Assembly (NCBI GenBank): GCA_035627515.1
Contig: DASPLQ010000012.1
Location: 650,331-714,330, forward strand
DNA from: Vitreimonas sp.
GTDB taxonomy: Bacteria > Patescibacteriota > Microgenomatia > UBA1400 > PJMF01
Length of the DNA stretch: 64,000 bases
Direction: 5' to 3'
In this document: in pieces, positions 20,821-29,989 of the stretch
Layout of the letters: each line of letters begins with the position of its first letter
How positions within the stretch are numbered: position 1 is the first letter of the stretch
Notes under the pieces: model-generated
Told to the model about the DNA's origin: nothing
The model's input: the letters and a program-made list of their open reading frames with translations, nothing else
Databases searched by the model: none
Translations under genes and position numbers: made by a program

Positions 20821-23800
20821 ATGGAAAAAGATCCACGCAGGAGTATTACGTTTCTCGGCATAAGCCGCAGCAAGCGCTTGTTTGCTGTCGGTTTAATTGT
20901 GGTGGCCATAATGCTTTTTTGGTATTGGGATGAGGGAAAAGGTTTACAAGCCAATCGTTCGCAGTCCTCAACTACCAAGCTGGCAGTAGCCACTAAAAAT
21001 GATCGTTCAGAAGGTGAAGTCTTGGCTGCCGAAACCGAAATTGAAGAATCAACTGCCATGTTCCAAGTTAACATTCCTAGTCAATTTGGGGATGTCGTCA
21101 GAGTTGCTGAATTGATTGTCGAAAATCGCTCTCTTTTTGAAGGAATAGCTGAGTTTCAAGATGAAGTAGTGATGAATCAAGCCCTGGAAGTCAAGCAAGA
21201 TTTGACGGTGGGCGGCCGCTTATTATTAACTGGTGATGCGATTGGCCGGGGAGTTGATATCGATATCGAAGACGGCGCCATTACTGCGGGCACCGTCACC
21301 GCGAGCAACTTAGTGTACTCTGTCAAAGCTGGTTCGGGCATTTCAGTAAGTGGTACTCAGGATGTCACCATTTCTGCTACAGATTTGGGTTCATCCCAAC
21401 AGATTTTTAAAAATATTAAAGTGAATAGCGATACCATTACAGCTGGTAGCAACAACGATACTGTTACCTTCAAAGATGGTACCGGTATTTCTCTGACACG
21501 GTCTGGCAATGAAATTACTGTCTCCGGTCGTGACGTCAGCGGTTGGGCTAAAACCGGCAACTATGTGGCGTTAGCTGACACGAGTAATTGGGTAGGAATT
21601 GGTACCAGTACTCCAACCAATAATTTGGAAATTAACTCAGGCACAACCGGCACTTCAGGAGTTACTTTCACTCAATTGACTTCAGCTTCCACCGTGGGTG
21701 TTGGAGGTGGCAAAGTTTTATCAGTTGATTCTGGTGGCCGGATTATTTTAGTTCAGGACCAAACTGGCGACACACCTACCGCTGAATCTGTATTGCCGAC
21801 TGCAGCCAATGGTGAAACCTTATATTTTAATGGACTGAACTGGGTGGCATCTTCCAACCTGTATCACAACGGTGGACAAGTGGGCATTTCCACCACACCA
21901 GCCACTAATGTGAGATTCCATGTTTTAACGAATGCTGCCAACGCCGTCGGTGCAGTTATTCAGCGCGTCACTGGCCAAACAGCCAATTTTATGGAGTTCC
22001 GCAATGAGAGTGGCACGCCATTGTCATACGTTTCGGCTGACGGTGTCTTCCACGGCAATGTCAGTGGTGATATCAGTGGCTCCATTAATGCTGGTCTCAG
22101 TCAGGGGCAAGTGGCTTTTCAAGGAGCGTCAGCTTTGCAAGGCAGTAACTCACTGTTTTGGGATAGTGGTAATAGCCGGTTGGGAGTGGGGACGAATGCT
22201 CCCCAGAAAGCCGTTCATATTTATAATGATTCTGGGCTGTGGGTTCAAAATACTTCTGGTGGTACTGCTTTAACTTCAATTACGGGTGGGTCAGTTAACA
22301 CACTTAACTCGACAACTTTATCTTTGGGGGCTAATGCTAATACTGCTATGACATTAATGTCTAGCGGCAACGTTGGCATTGGTACCACTTCGCCAACCTC
22401 CCTCTTCCATGTTAATGGCAAAACTACAGGCAAAGCACTAGCCATTCTCAACGAAACCGGTAATCAAGATATCTTTACAGCCAGTGCCAGTGGAACTTCG
22501 ATGTTCACCATTAAGAATGATGGAAAAGTGGGGATTGGGACGACTGCACCAACAGCACTACTTAATTTAAGCTCTAGTACTAGTGATCCAACTTTAATTA
22601 TTGATCCGGGGAGTAGCTCAACTGTGGATCCTACAATTGCTCTCTATGATACTACCACCAGTGCTGGTTTTAAAATTCGTTACGATAACGATGGAGGTGA
22701 CAGTTATATTGATAGCATTTTCAACGGTACTGATACGGCTCCAGCGATACGTTTCAGAACAGAGACATCAGCGGTAACAAAAGAAGCTATGACCATTACC
22801 CATGGAGGAAGTGTCGGTATCGGCACCACCTCACCCACCTCACTCTTGCATCTTTCATCAACCTCTACTAGTTTGACCAATGGTTTATTTAAGATGGATT
22901 GGAGTCCGGCTTCAGCCACTACGTTAGCGGGTGATTTGTTTAACCTTAATATTGGCGCTAATGGTAATGCGACCAATGTTTTTAGTATCACTGATTCAGG
23001 TTCGACCTTATTCTCAGTTAGTGAAAGTAAAATTACTTCAGCTATCCCGCATGAGTTTACAGTGGCAGGTGATGTCAGTTTTGGTTATGACATTAACTTA
23101 ATTAATCAAACTGCGGGCAATATTAATAGTAATGGTCCGTTTGCGATTAACGCTGGTGAGGTCTACGAAAATGGCACGCTCACTTTGCGCACGTATAACA
23201 AAGGTCGGGTGGTGGTGGATAGTGAAGCTCTGCTCGTGAATCGGGCAGCCACTATTTCTGGAAAGTTAGTAGCTGGAACTACTAATCCTCCCGTGGCGAT
23301 TGGTCAACTGTATGTGTCGAATGCCGCCACCTATGGTAAAGCTTTAGCCATTTTGAACCAAACTGAGTCGGCTGATATTTTTGCAGCCAGTGCCAGCGGG
23401 ACAAATAGATTTGTAATTACCAGCGCAGGCAGAGTAGGTATTGGAGTTGCTGCTCCAACAAATAACTTAGAGGTGGTAGGAACAAGTAAGATTTCTAGAG
23501 ATTCCAATAGTTATATTGAGTATAACTCCTCAGGTGAAATTCAATATTATTTAAGTGGTTTTAATAAATTTAAAGTTACTAATACAGAAACCTATGCTGA
23601 AGTACTCAGAGCTCCCACTATTAATATGGTTAATAATGGTGTGACGTTAGCGGCCACTGGCTCAGTATTTACTATTTCTAATAATTCTGGTGGCATGACT
23701 GAACGATTAAGAATTACCCAAAGTGGAAGCTTTGGCATGGGCACTAATTCCCCTGATGCGCGATTATCAGTAAATGGAGATTTATCTGCCAACTCTGCCA

Positions 23801-24834
23801 CTATTAGTGGCACGTATGCTGGCAATGTTGCGCTAACCATTAATGCGCTGACTGATGCCGACAGCACCATTCGTTTGCGTGAATCAGGGACTACTAAATG
23901 GAATCTTTTCAATGATGGCGATAATTCCGATAGTTTGTACATCACCGATGCCGGTGGTGATCAAGGTGTGTTCTTGGCTCAAGATGCGACGAGTTGGGCA
24001 GCAGCTTCTGATATTACGCTCAAAGAAAATATTAATTTAGTCGATGGCTCATTGGATAAAATCAAGCAACTGCGTGGCGTGTACTATAACTTCATTGGTA
24101 CGCAGCGGACTGAAGTAGGTTTGATCGCTCAGGAAGTGCAAGCGGTGCTTCCCGAATTAGTTGTCACTAATAATAATGGCAAGTTAGCTGTCATGTACGA
24201 TCGGTTGGCACCGGTGTTAGTGAATGCAATTCAAGAACAACAAGGCCAATTGGATAAACTAGGCAACTTTTCTACCTATGAAGATCGCTTAGCCGCAGTG
24301 GAAGCACAAAATACTGAACAAGATACTGTGCTTGCTCAACTTAAAACCACCTTAAGTGATTTATTTAAAAATGCAGTCACATTCTTAGCTGATGTCACCT
24401 TCAAAGGGTATTTGAAATTTAGCCCTGATCAAACTGGCTACGTAGCTGTCCCAGTGGGTGCCACTGAGGCTAAGGTGACCTTTAAAAACAAAATGCCTTC
24501 AGAACCAATTATTAACCTGACTCCACGCCGCCTCGTAGCCGGGATGAAAGTTGGGGAAGTTAAAGATACTCATTTTATTGTCCAGTTTGAACAACCACTG
24601 GCTGAAGAACTCAGAATTGATTGGTTAGCAACCTTGAAAGATACTGAAAACAGTAATGAGCCAACCGTTGAGTTTGTGATTCCTTCCCCAGTGCCTAATC
24701 TTGTTGTCCCTGAAGCCGCGGCTGCTGAACCGGCTGCCAGCCCCACTCCGGCGCCATCTTCAACTCCTGTCCCCACCGTGGCACCTTCATCAAGTCCTGA
24801 ACCAGTAGCTAGTGAGAGTGCCGCTACACCGTAG
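20821..24834 (+). CDS. giant membrane-anchored surface repeat protein, tail-fibre-like, with S74 intramolecular-chaperone autoproteolysis motif (paralog 1)
   Basis: N-terminal type-II anchor (RLFAVGLIVVAIMLFWYW). Repeated GxVGIGTTSPTSLxHV...KALAIxNETGNQDIFTASASGT modules. At nt 24004-24260, ASDITLKENINLVDG...GLIAQEVQAVLPELVV matches the tail-spike / endosialidase S74 chaperone motif. PS-rich C-terminus. Start placed at ATG 20821. Confidence 0.7.
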   Translation: MEKDPRRSITFLGISRSKRLFAVGLIVVAIMLFWYWDEGKGLQANRSQSSTTKLAVATKNDRSEGEVLAAETEIEESTAMFQVNIPSQFGDVVRVAELIVENRSLFEGIAEFQDEVVMNQALEVKQDLTVGGRLLLTGDAIGRGVDIDIEDGAITAGTVTASNLVYSVKAGSGISVSGTQDVTISATDLGSSQQIFKNIKVNSDTITAGSNNDTVTFKDGTGISLTRSGNEITVSGRDVSGWAKTGNYVALADTSNWVGIGTSTPTNNLEINSGTTGTSGVTFTQLTSASTVGVGGGKVLSVDSGGRIILVQDQTGDTPTAESVLPTAANGETLYFNGLNWVASSNLYHNGGQVGISTTPATNVRFHVLTNAANAVGAVIQRVTGQTANFMEFRNESGTPLSYVSADGVFHGNVSGDISGSINAGLSQGQVAFQGASALQGSNSLFWDSGNSRLGVGTNAPQKAVHIYNDSGLWVQNTSGGTALTSITGGSVNTLNSTTLSLGANANTAMTLMSSGNVGIGTTSPTSLFHVNGKTTGKALAILNETGNQDIFTASASGTSMFTIKNDGKVGIGTTAPTALLNLSSSTSDPTLIIDPGSSSTVDPTIALYDTTTSAGFKIRYDNDGGDSYIDSIFNGTDTAPAIRFRTETSAVTKEAMTITHGGSVGIGTTSPTSLLHLSSTSTSLTNGLFKMDWSPASATTLAGDLFNLNIGANGNATNVFSITDSGSTLFSVSESKITSAIPHEFTVAGDVSFGYDINLINQTAGNINSNGPFAINAGEVYENGTLTLRTYNKGRVVVDSEALLVNRAATISGKLVAGTTNPPVAIGQLYVSNAATYGKALAILNQTESADIFAASASGTNRFVITSAGRVGIGVAAPTNNLEVVGTSKISRDSNSYIEYNSSGEIQYYLSGFNKFKVTNTETYAEVLRAPTINMVNNGVTLAATGSVFTISNNSGGMTERLRITQSGSFGMGTNSPDARLSVNGDLSANSATISGTYAGNVALTINALTDADSTIRLRESGTTKWNLFNDGDNSDSLYITDAGGDQGVFLAQDATSWAAASDITLKENINLVDGSLDKIKQLRGVYYNFIGTQRTEVGLIAQEVQAVLPELVVTNNNGKLAVMYDRLAPVLVNAIQEQQGQLDKLGNFSTYEDRLAAVEAQNTEQDTVLAQLKTTLSDLFKNAVTFLADVTFKGYLKFSPDQTGYVAVPVGATEAKVTFKNKMPSEPIINLTPRRLVAGMKVGEVKDTHFIVQFEQPLAEELRIDWLATLKDTENSNEPTVEFVIPSPVPNLVVPEAAAAEPAASPTPAPSSTPVPTVAPSSSPEPVASESAATP

Positions 24835-24836
24835 TT

Positions 24837-27800
24837 ATGAAGTTACCCATTTTAAAATATTGGCGTAGTCAGTACCGAACATTTTTTTTTGCGTTGTTGA
24901 CTATCTTAAGCTTAGCGATTCCAGCGTGGTACCGATTACACTCACCTAGTGATGCCCGGGCCGGTTGGTTTAATGATCAATGGCAATATCGCAAACGCAT
25001 TCCGCTAACTAATAGTGGTGGCAGTACCGTCACTGACCACCAGGTTCAATTAACTATCGATACCGCCGCGCTTGTTACCTCCGGCAAACTCCAAAGCAAC
25101 TGTGTTGACCTCCGTCTTAACGCTCAAAACACTGATTTTTTGCCATATTGGATTGAACCAGGAACGTGCAATACGACAACCACTAAAGTCTGGGTTCGTG
25201 TCCCTGAAATTCCTACCACTGGTGCAAATATTTGGCTGTACTACGGTAATCCCTCAGCGCTGGATGAATCGAGTGCGGAGCGGGTGTTTCATGCCATTCT
25301 CAAAAACCAGGCGGCAGCCTGGAATATGGATGACAATGTTTCTGGTAATGGTCAAACAATTACCGATGTTAGCGGCAATAGTCGAACAGGTACTATTGTC
25401 GGTTCAGTGAACTGTACAGGTACTGGTCAATTTGATAAAGCCTGTTCACTAACTAGTGGTGGGTATATTGATACTTTTGATACCGGACTTTCAAATCAAT
25501 TAAGTATTTCAGTATGGATTAAGCCCACTTCTGTAGCAACTGCACAAGCAATTATGGGTGAACGTTCGGGAACTAACAGCTGGGCGCTCTATGTTCGACC
25601 CACTGGGGAACTAGGATTCACTTTAAGTGGTTTATCTGATCACATTACAACCGGAGCAGGAGTGACAGCGGGAGTTTGGCAACACGTATTGGTAGTAGTT
25701 AATGGCACTAGTTTAAAAATGTATCGCAATGGAACCCTAGTCAGCGATGTCACTATGGGAGCAACAGTTGCCGACTCTAACCTAACTATGAAAATTGGTG
25801 CTGCAGGTGGTGCTACTAGTCCATATACAGGTGAGATAGATAACCTGCGTTTGTATTCACGGGCTTTCAATGCTGAAGAAATACAACAATTATTAGGCCC
25901 AACCGCAAATTCTCGATATGGATATATGACAAATAACTTGGTAGGCAATGAATTGGTTACAGGTTACAACACTAATGTTACGACTGGCTCACAACAGACT
26001 GAGGAAACAAGTCCACGGCCGATTGCAGTTTGGAATTTTGATGAGGGTAGTGGACAAACTATTAATGATGTCGTGGTGAAAAAAAATCAAGCCATGTTAG
26101 GTGCTAATAGCTCTTCGGCATCAGATGACCCTACCTGGCAAACTGAGGATATGTGTATCAGTGGTAAGTGTTTACGGTTTGATGGTACCAATGATTATGT
26201 CCAAGTGAACAATAATATTAGTACTCAAATAGGCACTGCAGTCACATTTTCGGCTTGGATTAGAACTAATTCGAGTAACAATCCGATGTCGATTATGGGT
26301 AATTACAATTCCGCGGTAGCAGGAGGACCATGGTTTGAAGTGCTGGCAGGTAAAGCGGCTTTCCATAATGGTAGTTCCGGAACTTTAAGTAGTAATAAAT
26401 CAGTTAATGATGGTAAGTGGCATCATGTGGTGGCTACAGTTGGGCCCTCCGATGCAAAGATCTATGTCGATGGCAGTTTAGATAACTCATCAACTTCTTT
26501 TTCACTTTTGAAAACATCCACAACTGCCTATGCCATTGGTGCGGTCTATGCATCTAGTGCTCCCAGTTCATTCTTTAATGGCTTCATTGATGAGCCCAAA
26601 ATTTATCCCTATGTGCGGACAGCTGCCGAAGTCAGGCAAGATTACATTCGGGGTTTAACGAGTGCAGGTGCTAATGCCGCGTTGGGTGTGCCGGAAACCA
26701 GCCATTTAAATAATGGCTTAGCAGCCTACTGGAAAATGGATGAGAGTAGCTGGAATGGGACCAGCTCGGAAGTGATTGATTCGAGTGGTAATAATAATCA
26801 CGGAACTGCGGGCTGCAATGGCGGGTGTGTGGGTTCACCTCCTAGTACTAGTACCGGTAAATTTGGCAATGCGGGTTATTTCACGGTGACAGGCAGTAAC
26901 TATCAGAGGGTTAGTGTGCCTTCTTCTAGCACTTTGCAGATCACTTCAGCAATAACGCTCTGTACTTGGGTTAATGAAGTAGGTACCAACTTTAATGGAT
27001 ATGTGCTTGATGCTAACACGTATCGTTTACAAATGAACTCTGGCGGTAGTATCGATATGCGGGTGACTACTGGCGGTGTCTCAACCGCCTCGCCAAATAG
27101 TGGTACTCTACCCACTAACACTTGGGTGCATATCTGTGGGACCTATGATGGTAGTAAGGTTAGTTTATATAGAGATGGCAGCTTAGTGGGATCAACAGCC
27201 AAAACAGGTACTATTGATACTATCAGCAGTCCAGTTATTAATAATGCTACTGGTGCAACTCGCAACTTAAAATTAGATGAATTCCGTATTTATAACCGAG
27301 CTCTTTCGCCCGCCGAAGTCCAAGATCTCTACGCGTGGACCGCTGGACCGGTGGGGCACTGGAAGTTCGATGAGGGGGAGGGTACGACTGCGAATGATGC
27401 CAGTGGCAATGGCTTAACGGGAACAATTACTTCTGGGACCCAGTGGAGTGAAGGAAGATTTGGCAGCGCACTCAATTTTGATGGGACTCAGCTAGTTCTT
27501 ATCGGTAATTCTGCTCCAGTTCAATTAGGAACGGGTACAGTAGAAGCCTGGATCAAAACCACTAATGCCGGTAGTTCTTTCCGTGGTATCGTAGTTAAGC
27601 AAAACGCCTATGGCATGTTTTTAAATGATAATGTGTTCGGAAGCTATGATTGGGGAGGGACTGGTTTTAATAGTAGTGGCTTAAGTCTTAATGATGGTCA
27701 ATGGCATCATGTCAGTATGACTTTTGATGGCAGTAATAGTACCACCAACTTATATCTTGATGGTACTTTGGTTGACACAGGCAATAACACTGTCTCAGGT

Positions 27801-29981
27801 CATAACACGAGTTTGAGTATTGGGTCCGGTACTGGTGGAGTTAGTCAGACTTTTATTGGCAAAATTGATGATGTTAAACTCTACAACTACGTTCGGACCA
27901 GAGAACAAGTTTTGTTGGATATTAAAGCCAACCGGCCGGCCGCATTGGGGGCACAGGATTCGGTTCCGCCTCCACTTGCCCACTGGAAGTTTGATGAAGG
28001 TAATGGTACCAGTAACGCCGATAGCAGCGGGAATGGCTATACCCTAACTATGGAAAACTCTGAAGGTGATGAGTGGGCGAGTGGCAAATTAGGCTCAGGC
28101 CTACAGTTTGATCGTAATAATGAGCGAGCAGCTCGGGCGGATACCACAGGCTCACCTTTTGATTTAACTCAAGGCACTCTTTCTGCTTGGGTATATCGGA
28201 CTGGACAAGTAAGTGGTTCGGGCAATCAGGGGCGGATTATTAGTAAAGCTGATTTATATGTGCTATTTCTCAATAGTGATGAAGAAGTTCAGTGTTATGG
28301 CAATGGGAGTACCTTGGATTCAAACTACGTCTTACCTCTTAATCAATGGTCACATGTGCTGTGTACGCAAGATTCAGCGAGTACAACTAAAACCCGTAAA
28401 ATTTATGTTAATGGCGTAGAAGTTGCTTCAAGTACCCCAGCTAGTGCGTGGAGTGTTGATAATAATCCTTTGACAGTTGGTAATTATTTTACTGATGGCT
28501 ACTTTTTCCCTGGTTACATCGATGAAGTTAAAATGTGGAACATACCTTTGAATACCGATCAGATTGCGTATGAAGCTAATATCCGATCTGCTGACGTGCT
28601 TGCTTATCAGGCAACCAGTACCGAACAAACTCAAGATGTTGGTTCCAGTAATCCGCCAATAGGTGAGTGGAATTTTGATGAAATGACAGGTGCTACAGCC
28701 AATGATCTCGGGGCAAATGGCTTTGATGGCACGATTACTAACGCAACTTGGGTGCCTGGCCAAATTGGTGGCGCACTCGATTTTGCTGGTAATGCTTGTG
28801 TGTCTACTTCGACTTCTTCAACTCTCAACCCTACTTCCACTATGACGGTGGAAACGTGGGTGTATCTAAATGCCAATCAAGGTTCGTTTGCTTCATTAAT
28901 TTCACGAGATGGCGAATCGGCAGCGCGGGCGTATTCAATAGAACTAGGTAATGCCGGTACGAATCGTTTGAGAGTGTGGTTTGGCGCCGGTGGCAGTCCC
29001 AAAGTAGTTGATTCTACTTCGGCTTTGGCCCTCAACCAGTGGTACCACATTGTGGGGACCTATGATGGCTCTAGTGTGAAGTTGTACATCAATGGCAGAT
29101 TAGATAACAGTTTAAGCACTTCCGGCACGATCACTACTAACACTGACACTTTAGCATTTGGCTGTAGCAGCCAACTCAATGGCGAGTACTTCAACGGTAA
29201 GCTCGATCACGTCAAAATCTACAACTACGCTCGCAGTCAAGCTCAAGTGGCCTATGATTACAACCGCGGTAAACCAATTGCGCACTGGAAAATGGATGAG
29301 TGTCAGGGGACTACAATTTATGATGCTTCGGGAAATAATAATCATGGCACGTTAACAGTCACCGGCCAATCAGTGGGAACCTGTGACACTAGTTCCACAG
29401 CTTGGGGTAGCGGGGCGACAGGAAAATATAATGCTAGCATTAACTTAGATGGTACTGGAGATGAAATTAGCATAGGAGATCCAAGTTCAGGTATTTTTGA
29501 CTTTGGTACTCGAGACTTTACATTAAGTGCGTGGGTCAAAACAACAAGCGGCGAACAAAGCATTATCTCAAAGCAAATAGCTAACACCTGGAACGGTTAC
29601 AATTTTTACATTATGCCTGATGGTAAATTAATTAGCAGTGTTTCCTGGCTTAATAATGGCGCAACCAGTTCTATCACCAGCACCAATAGTGTGAATGACG
29701 GAACATGGAAACATGTGGTGTTTGTCATGAATGGGGCTGATAGAACAAACTGGAAACTCTATATCAATGGTCAAGCTGACAGTTTTACTGAAGCAGGGTC
29801 AGATTTATCAGGTACTGGTATTGATAATACTGTCCCCCTAAGAATTGGTAATCGTGAATATAACGATGCCACTGACTTTATTGGCCAAATCGACGACGTC
29901 AAAGTCTTCAATTACGCTCTCTCTACCGCCCAAGTTCGCAAAGAGTACAACGCGGGGTCAGCGATTTATTTTGGTAATTAA
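24837..29981 (+). CDS. 1714-aa secreted protein: DUF2341-like N-domain followed by about 7 tandem LamG (concanavalin-A-like) domains
   Basis: N-terminal TM/signal. VWVRVPEIPTTGANIWLYYGNP resembles DUF2341. Seven LamG C-terminal beta-strand signatures: IDNLRLYSRAFNAEEIQQL, IDEPKIYPYVRTAAEV, LDEFRIYNRALSPAEVQDLY, IDDVKLYNYVRTREQV, IDEVKMWNIPLNTDQI, LDHVKIYNYARSQAQV, IDDVKVFNYALSTAQV. Confidence 0.7.
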   Translation: MKLPILKYWRSQYRTFFFALLTILSLAIPAWYRLHSPSDARAGWFNDQWQYRKRIPLTNSGGSTVTDHQVQLTIDTAALVTSGKLQSNCVDLRLNAQNTDFLPYWIEPGTCNTTTTKVWVRVPEIPTTGANIWLYYGNPSALDESSAERVFHAILKNQAAAWNMDDNVSGNGQTITDVSGNSRTGTIVGSVNCTGTGQFDKACSLTSGGYIDTFDTGLSNQLSISVWIKPTSVATAQAIMGERSGTNSWALYVRPTGELGFTLSGLSDHITTGAGVTAGVWQHVLVVVNGTSLKMYRNGTLVSDVTMGATVADSNLTMKIGAAGGATSPYTGEIDNLRLYSRAFNAEEIQQLLGPTANSRYGYMTNNLVGNELVTGYNTNVTTGSQQTEETSPRPIAVWNFDEGSGQTINDVVVKKNQAMLGANSSSASDDPTWQTEDMCISGKCLRFDGTNDYVQVNNNISTQIGTAVTFSAWIRTNSSNNPMSIMGNYNSAVAGGPWFEVLAGKAAFHNGSSGTLSSNKSVNDGKWHHVVATVGPSDAKIYVDGSLDNSSTSFSLLKTSTTAYAIGAVYASSAPSSFFNGFIDEPKIYPYVRTAAEVRQDYIRGLTSAGANAALGVPETSHLNNGLAAYWKMDESSWNGTSSEVIDSSGNNNHGTAGCNGGCVGSPPSTSTGKFGNAGYFTVTGSNYQRVSVPSSSTLQITSAITLCTWVNEVGTNFNGYVLDANTYRLQMNSGGSIDMRVTTGGVSTASPNSGTLPTNTWVHICGTYDGSKVSLYRDGSLVGSTAKTGTIDTISSPVINNATGATRNLKLDEFRIYNRALSPAEVQDLYAWTAGPVGHWKFDEGEGTTANDASGNGLTGTITSGTQWSEGRFGSALNFDGTQLVLIGNSAPVQLGTGTVEAWIKTTNAGSSFRGIVVKQNAYGMFLNDNVFGSYDWGGTGFNSSGLSLNDGQWHHVSMTFDGSNSTTNLYLDGTLVDTGNNTVSGHNTSLSIGSGTGGVSQTFIGKIDDVKLYNYVRTREQVLLDIKANRPAALGAQDSVPPPLAHWKFDEGNGTSNADSSGNGYTLTMENSEGDEWASGKLGSGLQFDRNNERAARADTTGSPFDLTQGTLSAWVYRTGQVSGSGNQGRIISKADLYVLFLNSDEEVQCYGNGSTLDSNYVLPLNQWSHVLCTQDSASTTKTRKIYVNGVEVASSTPASAWSVDNNPLTVGNYFTDGYFFPGYIDEVKMWNIPLNTDQIAYEANIRSADVLAYQATSTEQTQDVGSSNPPIGEWNFDEMTGATANDLGANGFDGTITNATWVPGQIGGALDFAGNACVSTSTSSTLNPTSTMTVETWVYLNANQGSFASLISRDGESAARAYSIELGNAGTNRLRVWFGAGGSPKVVDSTSALALNQWYHIVGTYDGSSVKLYINGRLDNSLSTSGTITTNTDTLAFGCSSQLNGEYFNGKLDHVKIYNYARSQAQVAYDYNRGKPIAHWKMDECQGTTIYDASGNNNHGTLTVTGQSVGTCDTSSTAWGSGATGKYNASINLDGTGDEISIGDPSSGIFDFGTRDFTLSAWVKTTSGEQSIISKQIANTWNGYNFYIMPDGKLISSVSWLNNGATSSITSTNSVNDGTWKHVVFVMNGADRTNWKLYINGQADSFTEAGSDLSGTGIDNTVPLRIGNREYNDATDFIGQIDDVKVFNYALSTAQVRKEYNAGSAIYFGN

Positions 29982-29989
29982 GCTTTCCT

